Source: a virus (lineage: Duplodnaviria > Caudoviricetes). Taken from it: a DNA stretch of 57,713 nt. Shown here piece after piece: positions 1-8,848 of this stretch. The translations under genes and the position numbers were made by a program. The notes beneath the pieces are model-generated. The model did no database searches and was not told where the DNA came from. It saw only the letters and a program-made list of their open reading frames with translations. Every line of letters starts with the position of its first letter. The stretch's first letter is position 1. Location: positions 1 to 57,713 of the IMG/VR virus record IMGVR_UViG_3300020477_000028; one strand, given 5' to 3'.

Positions 1-969
1 AAATATAAACATATACGAAAAGCGGGCGATGAGATAATCAAATATATTGATGACCGTAGACAGGGAACTGTTACTTCTTTAAAAACTAGATGGCAAAAGT
101 TTAACGATGCTATTAATGGTGGATTAGAGTGGGGTTCTATAATTACTATAGCAGGTATGTCTGGCTCGGGAAAATCGTCCATTGCTAATGAGTTAGAAAC
201 AAGTTTATTTGATCATAATTCAGATACTTTTTCTGTGCTATCATTTAATTTTGAAATGCTAGCAATGAAACAAGTAGGTAGAAAATTATCAGGTAAATTA
301 GAATTAACTTCTACTCAATTATACTCAGGCGTGGATAGTTTAAAAGATTTAGATTTTCAACGTGCAAAATATATAATAGAAGATACAATAGATTCGTACG
401 ATATATATTATGTAGATATACCAGGAACAGTAGAACAAATATATAATACTATAAAGAAATTTCATACAACAGAAAAAAAGAAAAAAGGAGATGGTTATGG
501 TTCAGTAATATTTTTAGACCACACTTTATTAACTAAGGGCGCCACGGGCGCACAAGAACGAGAAATACTTTCACGTCTTTATAAAATGTTTATGCTTATA
601 AAGAAAGAATTACGTTTAACTGTTATTATACTTAGTCAATTAAATCGTGGTATAGAATCACCTGAACGCATGAGTAATCCTTTAGTTCACTATCCGATGA
701 AGAAAGATATATTTGGTAGTGATGCTGTATTTCATGGATCAGATGTAGTTATGATAAGTCATAAACCGTATATGCTACATTTACAATCCTATGGACCAAG
801 TCATTTACCTGTAACAAATCCTTTAGAGAATGAACAAGCCATGATTTATTGGCATATCATTAAAAATCGAGAAGGAGAAGCAGGTGTTGTTTTAAGTATG
901 TTGGATAATTTAAAACACTCTAAAATAGATGAATATAATCCAACAGGAAATATAAAATTTGAAGTATGA
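1..969 (+). CDS. dnaB: Replicative DnaB-like (SF4) helicase, 5'-truncated by the window edge
   Basis: Frame is open from base 1 (KYKHIRK...GGLEWGSIITIAGMSGSGKS), so the 157 start is internal. Walker A GMSGSGKS, FEM, Walker B IFLDH, LSQLNR, and IIKNREG arginine finger. Confidence 0.9.
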   Translation, partial: KYKHIRKAGDEIIKYIDDRRQGTVTSLKTRWQKFNDAINGGLEWGSIITIAGMSGSGKSSIANELETSLFDHNSDTFSVLSFNFEMLAMKQVGRKLSGKLELTSTQLYSGVDSLKDLDFQRAKYIIEDTIDSYDIYYVDIPGTVEQIYNTIKKFHTTEKKKKGDGYGSVIFLDHTLLTKGATGAQEREILSRLYKMFMLIKKELRLTVIILSQLNRGIESPERMSNPLVHYPMKKDIFGSDAVFHGSDVVMISHKPYMLHLQSYGPSHLPVTNPLENEQAMIYWHIIKNREGEAGVVLSMLDNLKHSKIDEYNPTGNIKFEV

Positions 970-1235
970 GAAATGCACAATTGATAAAATCTAATGGCGA
1001 AACTATACCCATTAGTATTCCTGAAGAGGGTAAATTAAAGTTTTTGCAAGATAAAGTAGGTGGATATATAGAGATGGTAGAATCCTCTCAAGATCCTAAT
1101 TTATATGTAATTTGTAATGAAGAAGGGAAGATAAATGGTCTTCCAATAAATTATAAAGCTACAGTATTGCACAGATTTAAATACGATCCTCTCGTAGGAG
1201 ACGTAATAATTTGTAATAAAGAATTAATAAATTAA
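966..1235 (+). CDS. DUF3846-like phage protein
   Basis: LQDKVGGYIE..ICNEEGK..LPIN..A...LVGDVII pattern typical of this family. Confidence 0.7.
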   Translation: MRNAQLIKSNGETIPISIPEEGKLKFLQDKVGGYIEMVESSQDPNLYVICNEEGKINGLPINYKATVLHRFKYDPLVGDVIICNKELIN

Positions 1236-1241
1236 ATAAAT

Positions 1242-1925
1242 ATGGCGCAGGAAATATTGATTATTGGGGAATCTGGATCTGGAAAATCAACCAGTATAGA
1301 AAATCTAGACCCGAAATCTACATTTATAATAAATGTAGGTAGGAAACCTATGCCGTTTCGAGGATGGAAATCTAATTATACATCATTATCTAAGGAAAAT
1401 CCTAAAGGTAATTATGTAGAAACAGATAGTCATTCAGTAATAGTTTCTACACTTAAACATATATCAGAAAATATGTCACATATAAAGACAGTTATCATAG
1501 ATGACTTTCAATATTTAATGGCTAATGAATATATGCGTAGAGCTAACGAAAGAGGTTTCGACAAGTTTACAGACATTGGTCTGCATGCTTGGGAAGTTGC
1601 GACTGCAGGTAAAAACATGAGAGATGATATTACATTTGTCATGGTTGGACATGCAGAAACATCGCAAGATTTACAAGGCAATAGAAAATTAAAATTTAAA
1701 ACTATTGGTAAGTTAGTAGATAATGTTATTACTATGGAAGGTATGTTTACTGTTGTATTATTTACAGAAGTAAGCCCAGATCCTGAAGGTAAAATTCAAC
1801 ATTATTTTATAACTCAATCAGATGGTACTACAACTGGCAAAAGTCCGAGAGGAATGTTTGCTGAATTGAAAATACCAAATGATTTGAAATTTGTAATAGA
1901 TAATGTAAATAAATATTATATTTAA
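1242..1925 (+). CDS. AAA_24/Sak4-like P-loop ATPase (recombination/annealing)
   Basis: GESGSGKST Walker A, VIIDDFQY Walker B, KTIGKLVD and GKSPRGMF motifs; lies near an SSB-like gene as in crAss-like replication modules. Confidence 0.8.
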   Translation: MAQEILIIGESGSGKSTSIENLDPKSTFIINVGRKPMPFRGWKSNYTSLSKENPKGNYVETDSHSVIVSTLKHISENMSHIKTVIIDDFQYLMANEYMRRANERGFDKFTDIGLHAWEVATAGKNMRDDITFVMVGHAETSQDLQGNRKLKFKTIGKLVDNVITMEGMFTVVLFTEVSPDPEGKIQHYFITQSDGTTTGKSPRGMFAELKIPNDLKFVIDNVNKYYI

Positions 1926-1929
1926 AATT

Positions 1930-2574
1930 ATGAGATTAGTAGGTAAAAGAGTCGAAAGACTAAATCGTTATGGAGATGACCTATGTATTGAATTAAAAGA
2001 GAAAGGAACTATGCGTATAAGTCCTGCTTTAAAATCGAGAATGGATATTCCTAACTCGGGAAATAAAGTAGGATTTGCATATCCTGAACCTGAAGATGAG
2101 ATGCAACAGGTTATGATGTATGTAGCGCCCGATGGAAATGGGGTTGCTGTAAACACACAAGGGGTATTAAATAATACTCCGCACAATCGTGATCTTAGAT
2201 CACATTATGAAGAATCAGGAACTGAAGATGTCAAACTATTTGTTGCAGAACAATATGTTGAAATAGATGGCTTTGAAGGTTACAAATTCTTTAAAATAAA
2301 ATCACAAACTCAAGTTCATGCTTCGGAAATAGAAACTTTTGTATCTTCACAAAGTGATGAAGATATAATAGAACATGCTGCTACGAATGAATGTTCAAAT
2401 CCTGAAATTGAAGAAGACGTTTTTGGAGAAGAAGATCAAAAATTTCAAAAAGAAGTTAATGATATAGAAGAAAAAGAAGAGAATGACTTAGATTTTATAG
2501 AAAAAGAAACTAAAGTAGAATCTGAATCAAAAACTGTTGTTGAGACAGTTGAAGATCCAGATGATATATGGTAA
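1930..2574 (+). CDS. Hypothetical protein with a long acidic C-terminal tail
   Basis: 214-aa ORF packed in the operon; E/D-rich C-terminal third. Confidence 0.7.
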   Translation: MRLVGKRVERLNRYGDDLCIELKEKGTMRISPALKSRMDIPNSGNKVGFAYPEPEDEMQQVMMYVAPDGNGVAVNTQGVLNNTPHNRDLRSHYEESGTEDVKLFVAEQYVEIDGFEGYKFFKIKSQTQVHASEIETFVSSQSDEDIIEHAATNECSNPEIEEDVFGEEDQKFQKEVNDIEEKEENDLDFIEKETKVESESKTVVETVEDPDDIW

Positions 2575-2600
2575 ATTATTAATAATTAAAAAATTGAAAA

Positions 2601-3176
2601 ATGTATACAATTAATCAATCTTTAAATGTAAATGAAGTAGCTGGAGCTACTCCAATCGCTGTTGGTATTAATGAAAACTGTTTATTAAAAGGTATTCAAA
2701 AGAAAACTGATAAAAACGGGAATGCTTATTTAAGTATTCAATTTATTGATGCTGATGGTAACGAATTAACTCACAATGAGTTTGACATTAACCCTCAATA
2801 TGTGACTCCTAAAGAAGGAGAATCTAAAGAGGATGCTGTTGCTCGTAGAGTTAATAATATGCTTATCAGAATTAAGCATATATGTACTAAATTTATCCCT
2901 AAAGATCAATTTAGTGTAAGTGGGTCTAATTTTGGCGAATTATGTGATGGTATTGTTGCTAGTATGGCAAATGCTAACACAAGTACACCAGTTAGACTTA
3001 AAGTAGTATATGATTATAAAGATTATTCATCTTTACCTAATTATACTCCTTTTATTGAGCCTATGACTACAACTCCTAGTGGGTTAAAAATGACTCAATA
3101 TGACAAATTAGAGAAAACTTCTGCTCCTGCAGCAAGCCAAGCGGCTTCTACAGATGATGCAGATCTTCCTTTCTAA
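2601..3176 (+). CDS. Putative single-stranded DNA-binding protein
   Basis: Beta-rich OB-like body and an acidic tail ending DDADLPF; located between the Sak4-like ATPase and the primase. Confidence 0.7.
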   Translation: MYTINQSLNVNEVAGATPIAVGINENCLLKGIQKKTDKNGNAYLSIQFIDADGNELTHNEFDINPQYVTPKEGESKEDAVARRVNNMLIRIKHICTKFIPKDQFSVSGSNFGELCDGIVASMANANTSTPVRLKVVYDYKDYSSLPNYTPFIEPMTTTPSGLKMTQYDKLEKTSAPAASQAASTDDADLPF

Positions 3177-3194
3177 ATACTTGTTTTTTAATCT

Positions 3195-3261
3195 GAAGAG
3201 GTGCCCAATAGGCGAACTAGGCGATTTATCGACTAAAGTGATGAGGGCTCCTCTTCTTTTT
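3195..3261 (+). terminator. GC-rich stem with structured loop followed by a T-run (terminator/attenuator or small structured RNA)
   Basis: GAAGAGG-T-GCCC (3195-3206) pairs with GGGC-T-CCTCTTC (3245-3256), followed by TTTTT; inner hairpin TAG-g-CGAT-tt-ATCG-a-CTA. Confidence 0.5.
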
Positions 3262-3271
3262 ATTTATATAT

Positions 3272-4276
3272 ATGTATAATTTTGACAATATTCAAGAGAC
3301 TGAAAAACTTACTAAAGATACTATATTAAATAAAGTATCTGAAGAAAGTATTTTCAGACATTACTTAGGATTTGATTTTAAGGTTAACAAACCTTATCAT
3401 AGTCCTTTAAGGGAAGATAAAAACCCTTCGTTTGCTCTTTATTATACTCGAGACCGTGGATTAAGATTTAAAGATTTTAATGGATGCCAAGGAACTTGTT
3501 TTGATTTAGTTATGCACTTACATGGAGTTTCATTTAATGATGCTCTTAAGCTTATAAATAATCATATGGGCTTAAATATAGGTAAAGTAACTAACTTAAA
3601 AGAAGTGACACGAAAGTTAATTTCGCAATACAAACCTGAAGTTCTACCCAAACGAGAACGTTTAATACAATTTAAACCTCAACATTGGACTAAAACTGAT
3701 GCAGAGTATTGGAAACAATATGGTATAACTAGTAAGATATTGAAGAAGTACAATGTATTCTCTTCTAAATATGTCTTTCTAGATAAAGAATTAATATTAA
3801 CATATACAAATGATAATCCTGTATATGCATATAAATTCGGTAAACACGTCAAAATATATAGACCATATGCTGAAAAGAATGGTTTCAAATGGATGAGTAA
3901 TGTCAATAAAGATGATTTACAAGGAATGGATCAATTAGATTTAAACCTAAGTGATACTTTAATTGTAACGAAATCTTTAAAAGATGTAATGTGTTTAAAT
4001 GTTTTAGGATACCAGGCCGTGGCGCCTCAATCTGAAAATACAAGAACACAATTTGAGTTAATAAAGACAGTTGCGCATAATTTCTCTAGAGTTATAATAT
4101 TGTTTGATAATGATGAAGCAGGCCAGGCAGGTGCAGAATTGCTAGTCAACTTTTTTGACTATCCTGTTAAAAATATTATTATTCAAGATAATTCGACTAA
4201 AGATATTAGTGATTATATATCTAAGTACGGAGTAAAAAATGCGTGTAATTTAATTAAAATTTTAATAAATGGCTAA
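3272..4276 (+). CDS. dnaG: DNA primase (DnaG-like, Toprim domain)
   Basis: Degenerate zinc-binding region SPLREDKNPSF..FKDF, TKSLKDVM, Toprim ILFDNDEAG and KDISDY. Confidence 0.85.
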   Translation: MYNFDNIQETEKLTKDTILNKVSEESIFRHYLGFDFKVNKPYHSPLREDKNPSFALYYTRDRGLRFKDFNGCQGTCFDLVMHLHGVSFNDALKLINNHMGLNIGKVTNLKEVTRKLISQYKPEVLPKRERLIQFKPQHWTKTDAEYWKQYGITSKILKKYNVFSSKYVFLDKELILTYTNDNPVYAYKFGKHVKIYRPYAEKNGFKWMSNVNKDDLQGMDQLDLNLSDTLIVTKSLKDVMCLNVLGYQAVAPQSENTRTQFELIKTVAHNFSRVIILFDNDEAGQAGAELLVNFFDYPVKNIIIQDNSTKDISDYISKYGVKNACNLIKILING

Positions 4277-4850
4277 AGTATGGAAAGTAATAATACCTAA
4301 TTATGAGGACAAAGTTCCTATAAGCCAAAGAAGAAGAGCAGTCTACTATAAAAAAGGAGACTACGAAAAAGGAAAAGTACCAAAAAAACACTTAGCAAAA
4401 ATTAAAGATGGAAGTATGAGATTTGATACTAAAGGATATTTAATTGATATGAATAGAAATAGAGTTATATCAAACCCTTTAGTAGCAGGTAAACCTAAAT
4501 ATTGGACAATAAATGGTCAAAGAATTTACGATGGAAGTTTGCATTATACTGCAAGATCCAAAGTTACTCGTTGGGCCCACGAATATTTAGGAGAATTTAT
4601 AGATGATTTACCTGAAATTAAAATTCCTAATGGATGTTTTTTAAGAGTATGGCTAGATATTTACAAACCTGGAGATAGATTAAACTGGGATTGTGATAAT
4701 CAATGGCTATGGATGAAATGGTTCTTAGATACTTTGGTAGAAAAAGGTAAAATTCCTGAAGATAACGTTCAATTCGTTAGAAGTTCAGGACAAATCAATT
4801 ACATTGAATCTGACACTAGACAGTTAGTATTCAATATAACAATAATTTAA
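4269..4850 (+). CDS. Putative RusA-like Holliday junction resolvase
   Basis: WDCDN..MKWFLDTL..GKIPEDNVQFV resembles the RusA D-x-DN..K..D.L..DD catalytic pattern. Confidence 0.55.
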   Translation: MAKVWKVIIPNYEDKVPISQRRRAVYYKKGDYEKGKVPKKHLAKIKDGSMRFDTKGYLIDMNRNRVISNPLVAGKPKYWTINGQRIYDGSLHYTARSKVTRWAHEYLGEFIDDLPEIKIPNGCFLRVWLDIYKPGDRLNWDCDNQWLWMKWFLDTLVEKGKIPEDNVQFVRSSGQINYIESDTRQLVFNITII

Positions 4851-4861
4851 AATTTAAAAGA

Positions 4862-5875
4862 ATGGATAATCCGTTATTAGATCATGTGATGAGTGTCTCG
4901 TCACTTAATCTATTTGCGACTAGTCCTGCTGCTTATCGAGAGCATGTATTACACCCTACAAAAGAAGTTACTACTTATTTTACAAAAGGTAGTGCTGTAG
5001 ATTGTTTAATAACAGAGCCCGATGAGTTTCAGAATAAATTCGCAATAATTAAAACAACGAGACCATCAGGTATGATGGGAGATCTATGTAGACTTTTACA
5101 TGAATATGAAAAAGTTAATACAGAAGGCCTTCCTGAAGAAACCTTATTTAAAGTTGCTTATAAAAAAGTAGGTTTTAAATTAAAAGAAGAATCGGTATTT
5201 AAAAAATACCAAAGTGCTGCTATACAACAATATATGAATTTTCTTAGAAATTCTATTGGTAAAGATGTAATCACAGAAGCAGAAGTAGAACAAGCTAAAG
5301 ATGTAGTAGCAATGCTACAAAATAATCCTAGAACTAAATGGTTTATGAAGGATTGTAAAAGTGAAATACTTTGTGATGTATACGATCAATTAAGAGTAGA
5401 TTTTGTATATGATGATATAGCATGTAAAGGCTTCTTAGATAGAGTGGTTGTAGACCATAATAAAAAAGAAGTACACCCTGTAGATTTAAAAACGACAGGA
5501 AAATCAGTTTTAGAATTTAGAAATAGTTTCATTAAATATGGATATTTCAGACAAGCAGCTTTTTATCAAGAAGGTATAAAGCACTGGATGAAAACACAGC
5601 CAAAAATTTGGGAGTATGAATTAAAGAATTTTAAGTTTATAGTTGCTGAAATGGCCTGTAACCATAACCCTGTAATATTTGAATGTTCAGACGCAGATTT
5701 ACTTGCGGGGAAATTAGGCGGAAACTTTATTGGAGGTTCTAAAAGAGTTAAAGGTTTTGCCGAACTTTTAGAAGATTTAAAATGGCACAGAGAAAATGAC
5801 AATTGGTTTACTACTGCAGATAATGAGAAATCATACGAAGACTGTGGTAGTGTAATTTTAAACATATTTGAATAA
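4862..5875 (+). CDS. PD-(D/E)XK exonuclease (RecE/DUF3799-like)
   Basis: SVSSL, GSAVDCL, KGFLDRV, VDLKTT and YFRQAAFY motifs. Confidence 0.8.
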   Translation: MDNPLLDHVMSVSSLNLFATSPAAYREHVLHPTKEVTTYFTKGSAVDCLITEPDEFQNKFAIIKTTRPSGMMGDLCRLLHEYEKVNTEGLPEETLFKVAYKKVGFKLKEESVFKKYQSAAIQQYMNFLRNSIGKDVITEAEVEQAKDVVAMLQNNPRTKWFMKDCKSEILCDVYDQLRVDFVYDDIACKGFLDRVVVDHNKKEVHPVDLKTTGKSVLEFRNSFIKYGYFRQAAFYQEGIKHWMKTQPKIWEYELKNFKFIVAEMACNHNPVIFECSDADLLAGKLGGNFIGGSKRVKGFAELLEDLKWHRENDNWFTTADNEKSYEDCGSVILNIFE

Positions 5876-5876
5876 A

Positions 5877-6995
5877 ATGGATATAAGAAAAATAAAAACT
5901 AGATTAGTAGGGAAAGACGAAGTCTTTCAACTTTTAGCGTTAGGGGAGGCTACAAAACTTCCTGTATTACTATTGGGGGATCCTGGTGTAGGAAAAACTC
6001 AAGCTTTATTAGATTATGCTGCAGCAAAGTATAATTATAATAAAAAAGAAGTAAGAGATAATACATTTGTTATTGAACTCGATGAAGGAACTAAAACTTC
6101 CGAAATTAAAGGTAGAGTAAATATGAAATCTTTATTAGAAGATAAAGAATATAAAATAGATGCTCCTATAGCTAAGGCTAAATACCTATTAATTAATGAG
6201 GTAGATAAAGGAACTTCAGGTGTTCGTAATACATTATTATCTGTTATGAGAGAGCGTGCATTATTTTATGGAGATGAAATTAAGAAATGTGAGTGGGATG
6301 TAATGGCAGGATCTTGTAATGTAATTCCAAACGATGAATTAGAAAATCCTTTTTGGGATAGATTTGTTCTAACACAAAAAGTGTCTAGAGTAGGTGCAGA
6401 TTCTATGAAAGAAATTTGGAAAGCAAAAGGTAAAATAAATGAATATTCAGTAGAAGTTCCTAGTAAAGCAGAAATTGAAACTTGTACTATTGAGAAAAAG
6501 CATATGAACAAGTTTTTAGATATTGTTTATGGGGCTGCTTCTGACAGAACAGTTTATCATATACCTTTTATAACAAAAGCTATCAAAGTTATATATAAAT
6601 ACTCTGATATAGAAGCAATCCTTAAAGCTTGTGAGCTTATAGCTCCTAGTAAAATTGGGGATTTATCAGCTAAACTTGAAACTAAGAGAGAGAACAATGT
6701 TCGATCAATGGTTAATAGTTTATCAAATGTTATTAATGGAGGAAATGATTCTTATTCTCAATTATATATCGGCCAAGTTGCTGATGCAATCATTGAGATG
6801 GGGAAAGTAGGAAATTATGCAGGTAAATCACTTGCTCTTGCTAATGAAGTTGTAGAAATTATTAGAACTTCAGAATCAAGTAATGATATAGTAACTGAGC
6901 AGGCTACAGCTTTATATACAGAACTTTATAGTAAACTAAAAGGAGAAGATATATATAATGATAGTTTAGATTTAATCAATAATTATAAAAATTAA
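5877..6995 (+). CDS. MoxR-family AAA+ ATPase
   Basis: LVGKDE, LLLGDPGVGKT Walker A, INEVDK Walker B, RNTLLSVMRER, FWDRF. ATG at 5877 preferred over the TTG at 5868. Confidence 0.85.
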   Translation: MDIRKIKTRLVGKDEVFQLLALGEATKLPVLLLGDPGVGKTQALLDYAAAKYNYNKKEVRDNTFVIELDEGTKTSEIKGRVNMKSLLEDKEYKIDAPIAKAKYLLINEVDKGTSGVRNTLLSVMRERALFYGDEIKKCEWDVMAGSCNVIPNDELENPFWDRFVLTQKVSRVGADSMKEIWKAKGKINEYSVEVPSKAEIETCTIEKKHMNKFLDIVYGAASDRTVYHIPFITKAIKVIYKYSDIEAILKACELIAPSKIGDLSAKLETKRENNVRSMVNSLSNVINGGNDSYSQLYIGQVADAIIEMGKVGNYAGKSLALANEVVEIIRTSESSNDIVTEQATALYTELYSKLKGEDIYNDSLDLINNYKN

Positions 6996-7001
6996 TATAT
7001 A

Positions 7002-8321
7002 ATGGAATATTCACTAAGACCGACAAATAGTTGGCGTTCTTATTACAATAGTGGGTCTATATATAGCGAAGAAGGGGCATTATGTGCTCCTTCTCGCAAT
7101 AGATCTATAATTAAAAATAAGTTAAACGACAATCTATCGTCAACAGTCTTTAAGAAATTAAAAGAAAAATCTACTTGTGAACAATTTTTACATACTCAGG
7201 GTACAGGAAGTCTTTTGACAGATGCTTTTAATCATTGGTATCAGAAGGATAAAGATTATGAAATAAATCCTGAAAAGTATTGGTGGCATAGTTTGTTACA
7301 AAAGGTAGATAATCATTTATTACAATTTGCAACTAATGATAATGCAGGATATAGTTATTTAGCTGCAAGTTCAATTGTAAATATTCTTAATAAACTGTAT
7401 AAAAAATACGGAGACGATTTAGTAGATAAAATTAAAGAATATAATGACGCTATTAAAAATGGTAAAGAAGTTCCTTGTAAAGATTTTGAAAAAGATCTAA
7501 ATTCAGGAGCTAATACTGCAAAGAATAGAATTAGAAAAGATTTAGAAACAGCTAATAAAGCTAGTAAAGAAGCAGGTAAAGGAAACGATCCTCAAAATAT
7601 TGAAATGATGGACCTTTTAACAGATCCAAGATTAACAAAACTTGTAAATGTAAAAGAGAATAATATTAGAAATTTTCTTAAAACTACTATAGATTCTGCT
7701 ACTGAAGCAATGTCAGGTAAAGCTGATATTAAAGAAGAGTCTTTATTTGATTCTGATGATATTGAAGATCTAATTAATGTAGAAAATTTTGCTCATATAG
7801 CATTATTTGACGATTTAACAACTAGATTTAAAAAATATCATGTAAGTTTTGATATTTATATAGATGATTCTGGATCTATGGATAGTGGTTTAGAATTAGA
7901 TGGCGTACGTACTAGTTATAGAAATTTAGCACGTATGTTAGCTTTTAAATTGAAAGATTTAAATATATTGAGAGATGCTTATTTATTTTCGCATAAAGAT
8001 ACTATTACTAAAATTGAACATGAACATTTGTTCTCTGCTCATATTGGAGGAGGTACAGATATTGGGCAATGTATTAGAAAAGCAAAAGATGCTAATAGAC
8101 CTTCTATTATAGTAACTGATGGTTGGGATAGAATAGATACAGAAAAAGAATACCATAAAGATAGTTTCTTTCTAATCTTAGATTGTTCTAGAGCAGATAT
8201 AACTTTTAGAAGATTTTCACAAGGAAAACAAATTTTATTCTTTGATTCAAGAGGATTCTCTAAATCAAAAATAGTAGATCATGATGATTACAAGGAGATA
8301 GTAAGAGCAGACTACAATTAA
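7002..8321 (+). CDS. VWA (MIDAS) domain protein, likely MoxR partner
   Basis: YIDDSGSM (DxSxS), GGGTDI and IVTDG motifs; directly downstream of the MoxR gene. Confidence 0.85.
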   Translation: MEYSLRPTNSWRSYYNSGSIYSEEGALCAPSRNRSIIKNKLNDNLSSTVFKKLKEKSTCEQFLHTQGTGSLLTDAFNHWYQKDKDYEINPEKYWWHSLLQKVDNHLLQFATNDNAGYSYLAASSIVNILNKLYKKYGDDLVDKIKEYNDAIKNGKEVPCKDFEKDLNSGANTAKNRIRKDLETANKASKEAGKGNDPQNIEMMDLLTDPRLTKLVNVKENNIRNFLKTTIDSATEAMSGKADIKEESLFDSDDIEDLINVENFAHIALFDDLTTRFKKYHVSFDIYIDDSGSMDSGLELDGVRTSYRNLARMLAFKLKDLNILRDAYLFSHKDTITKIEHEHLFSAHIGGGTDIGQCIRKAKDANRPSIIVTDGWDRIDTEKEYHKDSFFLILDCSRADITFRRFSQGKQILFFDSRGFSKSKIVDHDDYKEIVRADYN

Positions 8322-8336
8322 TAATAAATAAAAGAA

Positions 8337-8466
8337 AGATGGAGTGCCGTGACTGCCTTTAATACTGTTACGTTACGGTCTCAGTGGCATAGCAACCATC
8401 TGGAAATATAGGGCTTAAAGCTTGGAGAAGCATGGATGGGCCTTATATTTCCACCTTTTATTTTTA
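8337..8466 (+). ncRNA. Candidate structured intergenic RNA (two stem-loops then a U-rich tract)
   Basis: AGATGG/CCATCT (8337-42/8396-8401) encloses GTGCC/GGCAT; 14-bp stem TGGAAATATAGGGC/GCCTTATATTTCCA (8401-14/8440-53) with inner GCTT-GGAG-AAGC; GC-rich relative to flanks. Confidence 0.4.
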
Positions 8467-8480
8467 AAATTAGAAATATA

Positions 8481-8801
8481 ATGAATTTAAATAAAAAAAT
8501 ATATAAAAGAGTAAAATACGCTCTAACTCATTACCCTAAAACAAGGGAAAATGACCACACACTTATGGCTGTACTGTGGCATGAAGATATGAAAACAGGT
8601 CCTGTTAGACCTGAAACAGCTATAGGATTTATTCAAACATTATCTGCGGGCGCGTTGACTAATTGGGAAAGTGCAACTAGATCGAGACGAAAGATAATGG
8701 AAGAACATCCTGAACTACGAGGACTCACATATACTATGAGACAAAAAAAGGCAAAAGTTATAAAAAAGCAGATTAAAACTTGGCCAAGTAATGTAAAATA
8801 A
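8481..8801 (+). CDS. Hypothetical phage protein
   Basis: The ORF-track start at 8436 falls inside the hairpin; in-frame ATG at 8481 after an A/T-rich leader is more plausible. Motif ESATRSRRKIMEEHPELRG. Confidence 0.7.
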   Translation: MNLNKKIYKRVKYALTHYPKTRENDHTLMAVLWHEDMKTGPVRPETAIGFIQTLSAGALTNWESATRSRRKIMEEHPELRGLTYTMRQKKAKVIKKQIKTWPSNVK

Positions 8802-8802
8802 T

Positions 8803-8810
8803 TATATTTG
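8803..8810 (+). promoter_or_regulatory. Bacteroidota sigma-70-type -7 element upstream of nrdJ
   Basis: TATATTTG matches TAnnTTTG; TTG about 20 nt upstream; nrdJ starts at 8849. Confidence 0.55.
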
Positions 8811-8848
8811 TTGTCCCTTTATTATTAACTAATTAATTTACTAAACAT

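Noticed and set aside
3193-3245. Hammerhead ribozyme suggested by CTGAAGA and a later GAA
   Set aside because: No correctly spaced stem II-GAAA-stem III-UH arrangement could be built.
8337-8453. tRNA or cobalamin riboswitch upstream of nrdJ
   Set aside because: No T-loop GTTCRA or cloverleaf; the GCCACTG-like word is on the opposite strand and there is no recognisable B12 box.
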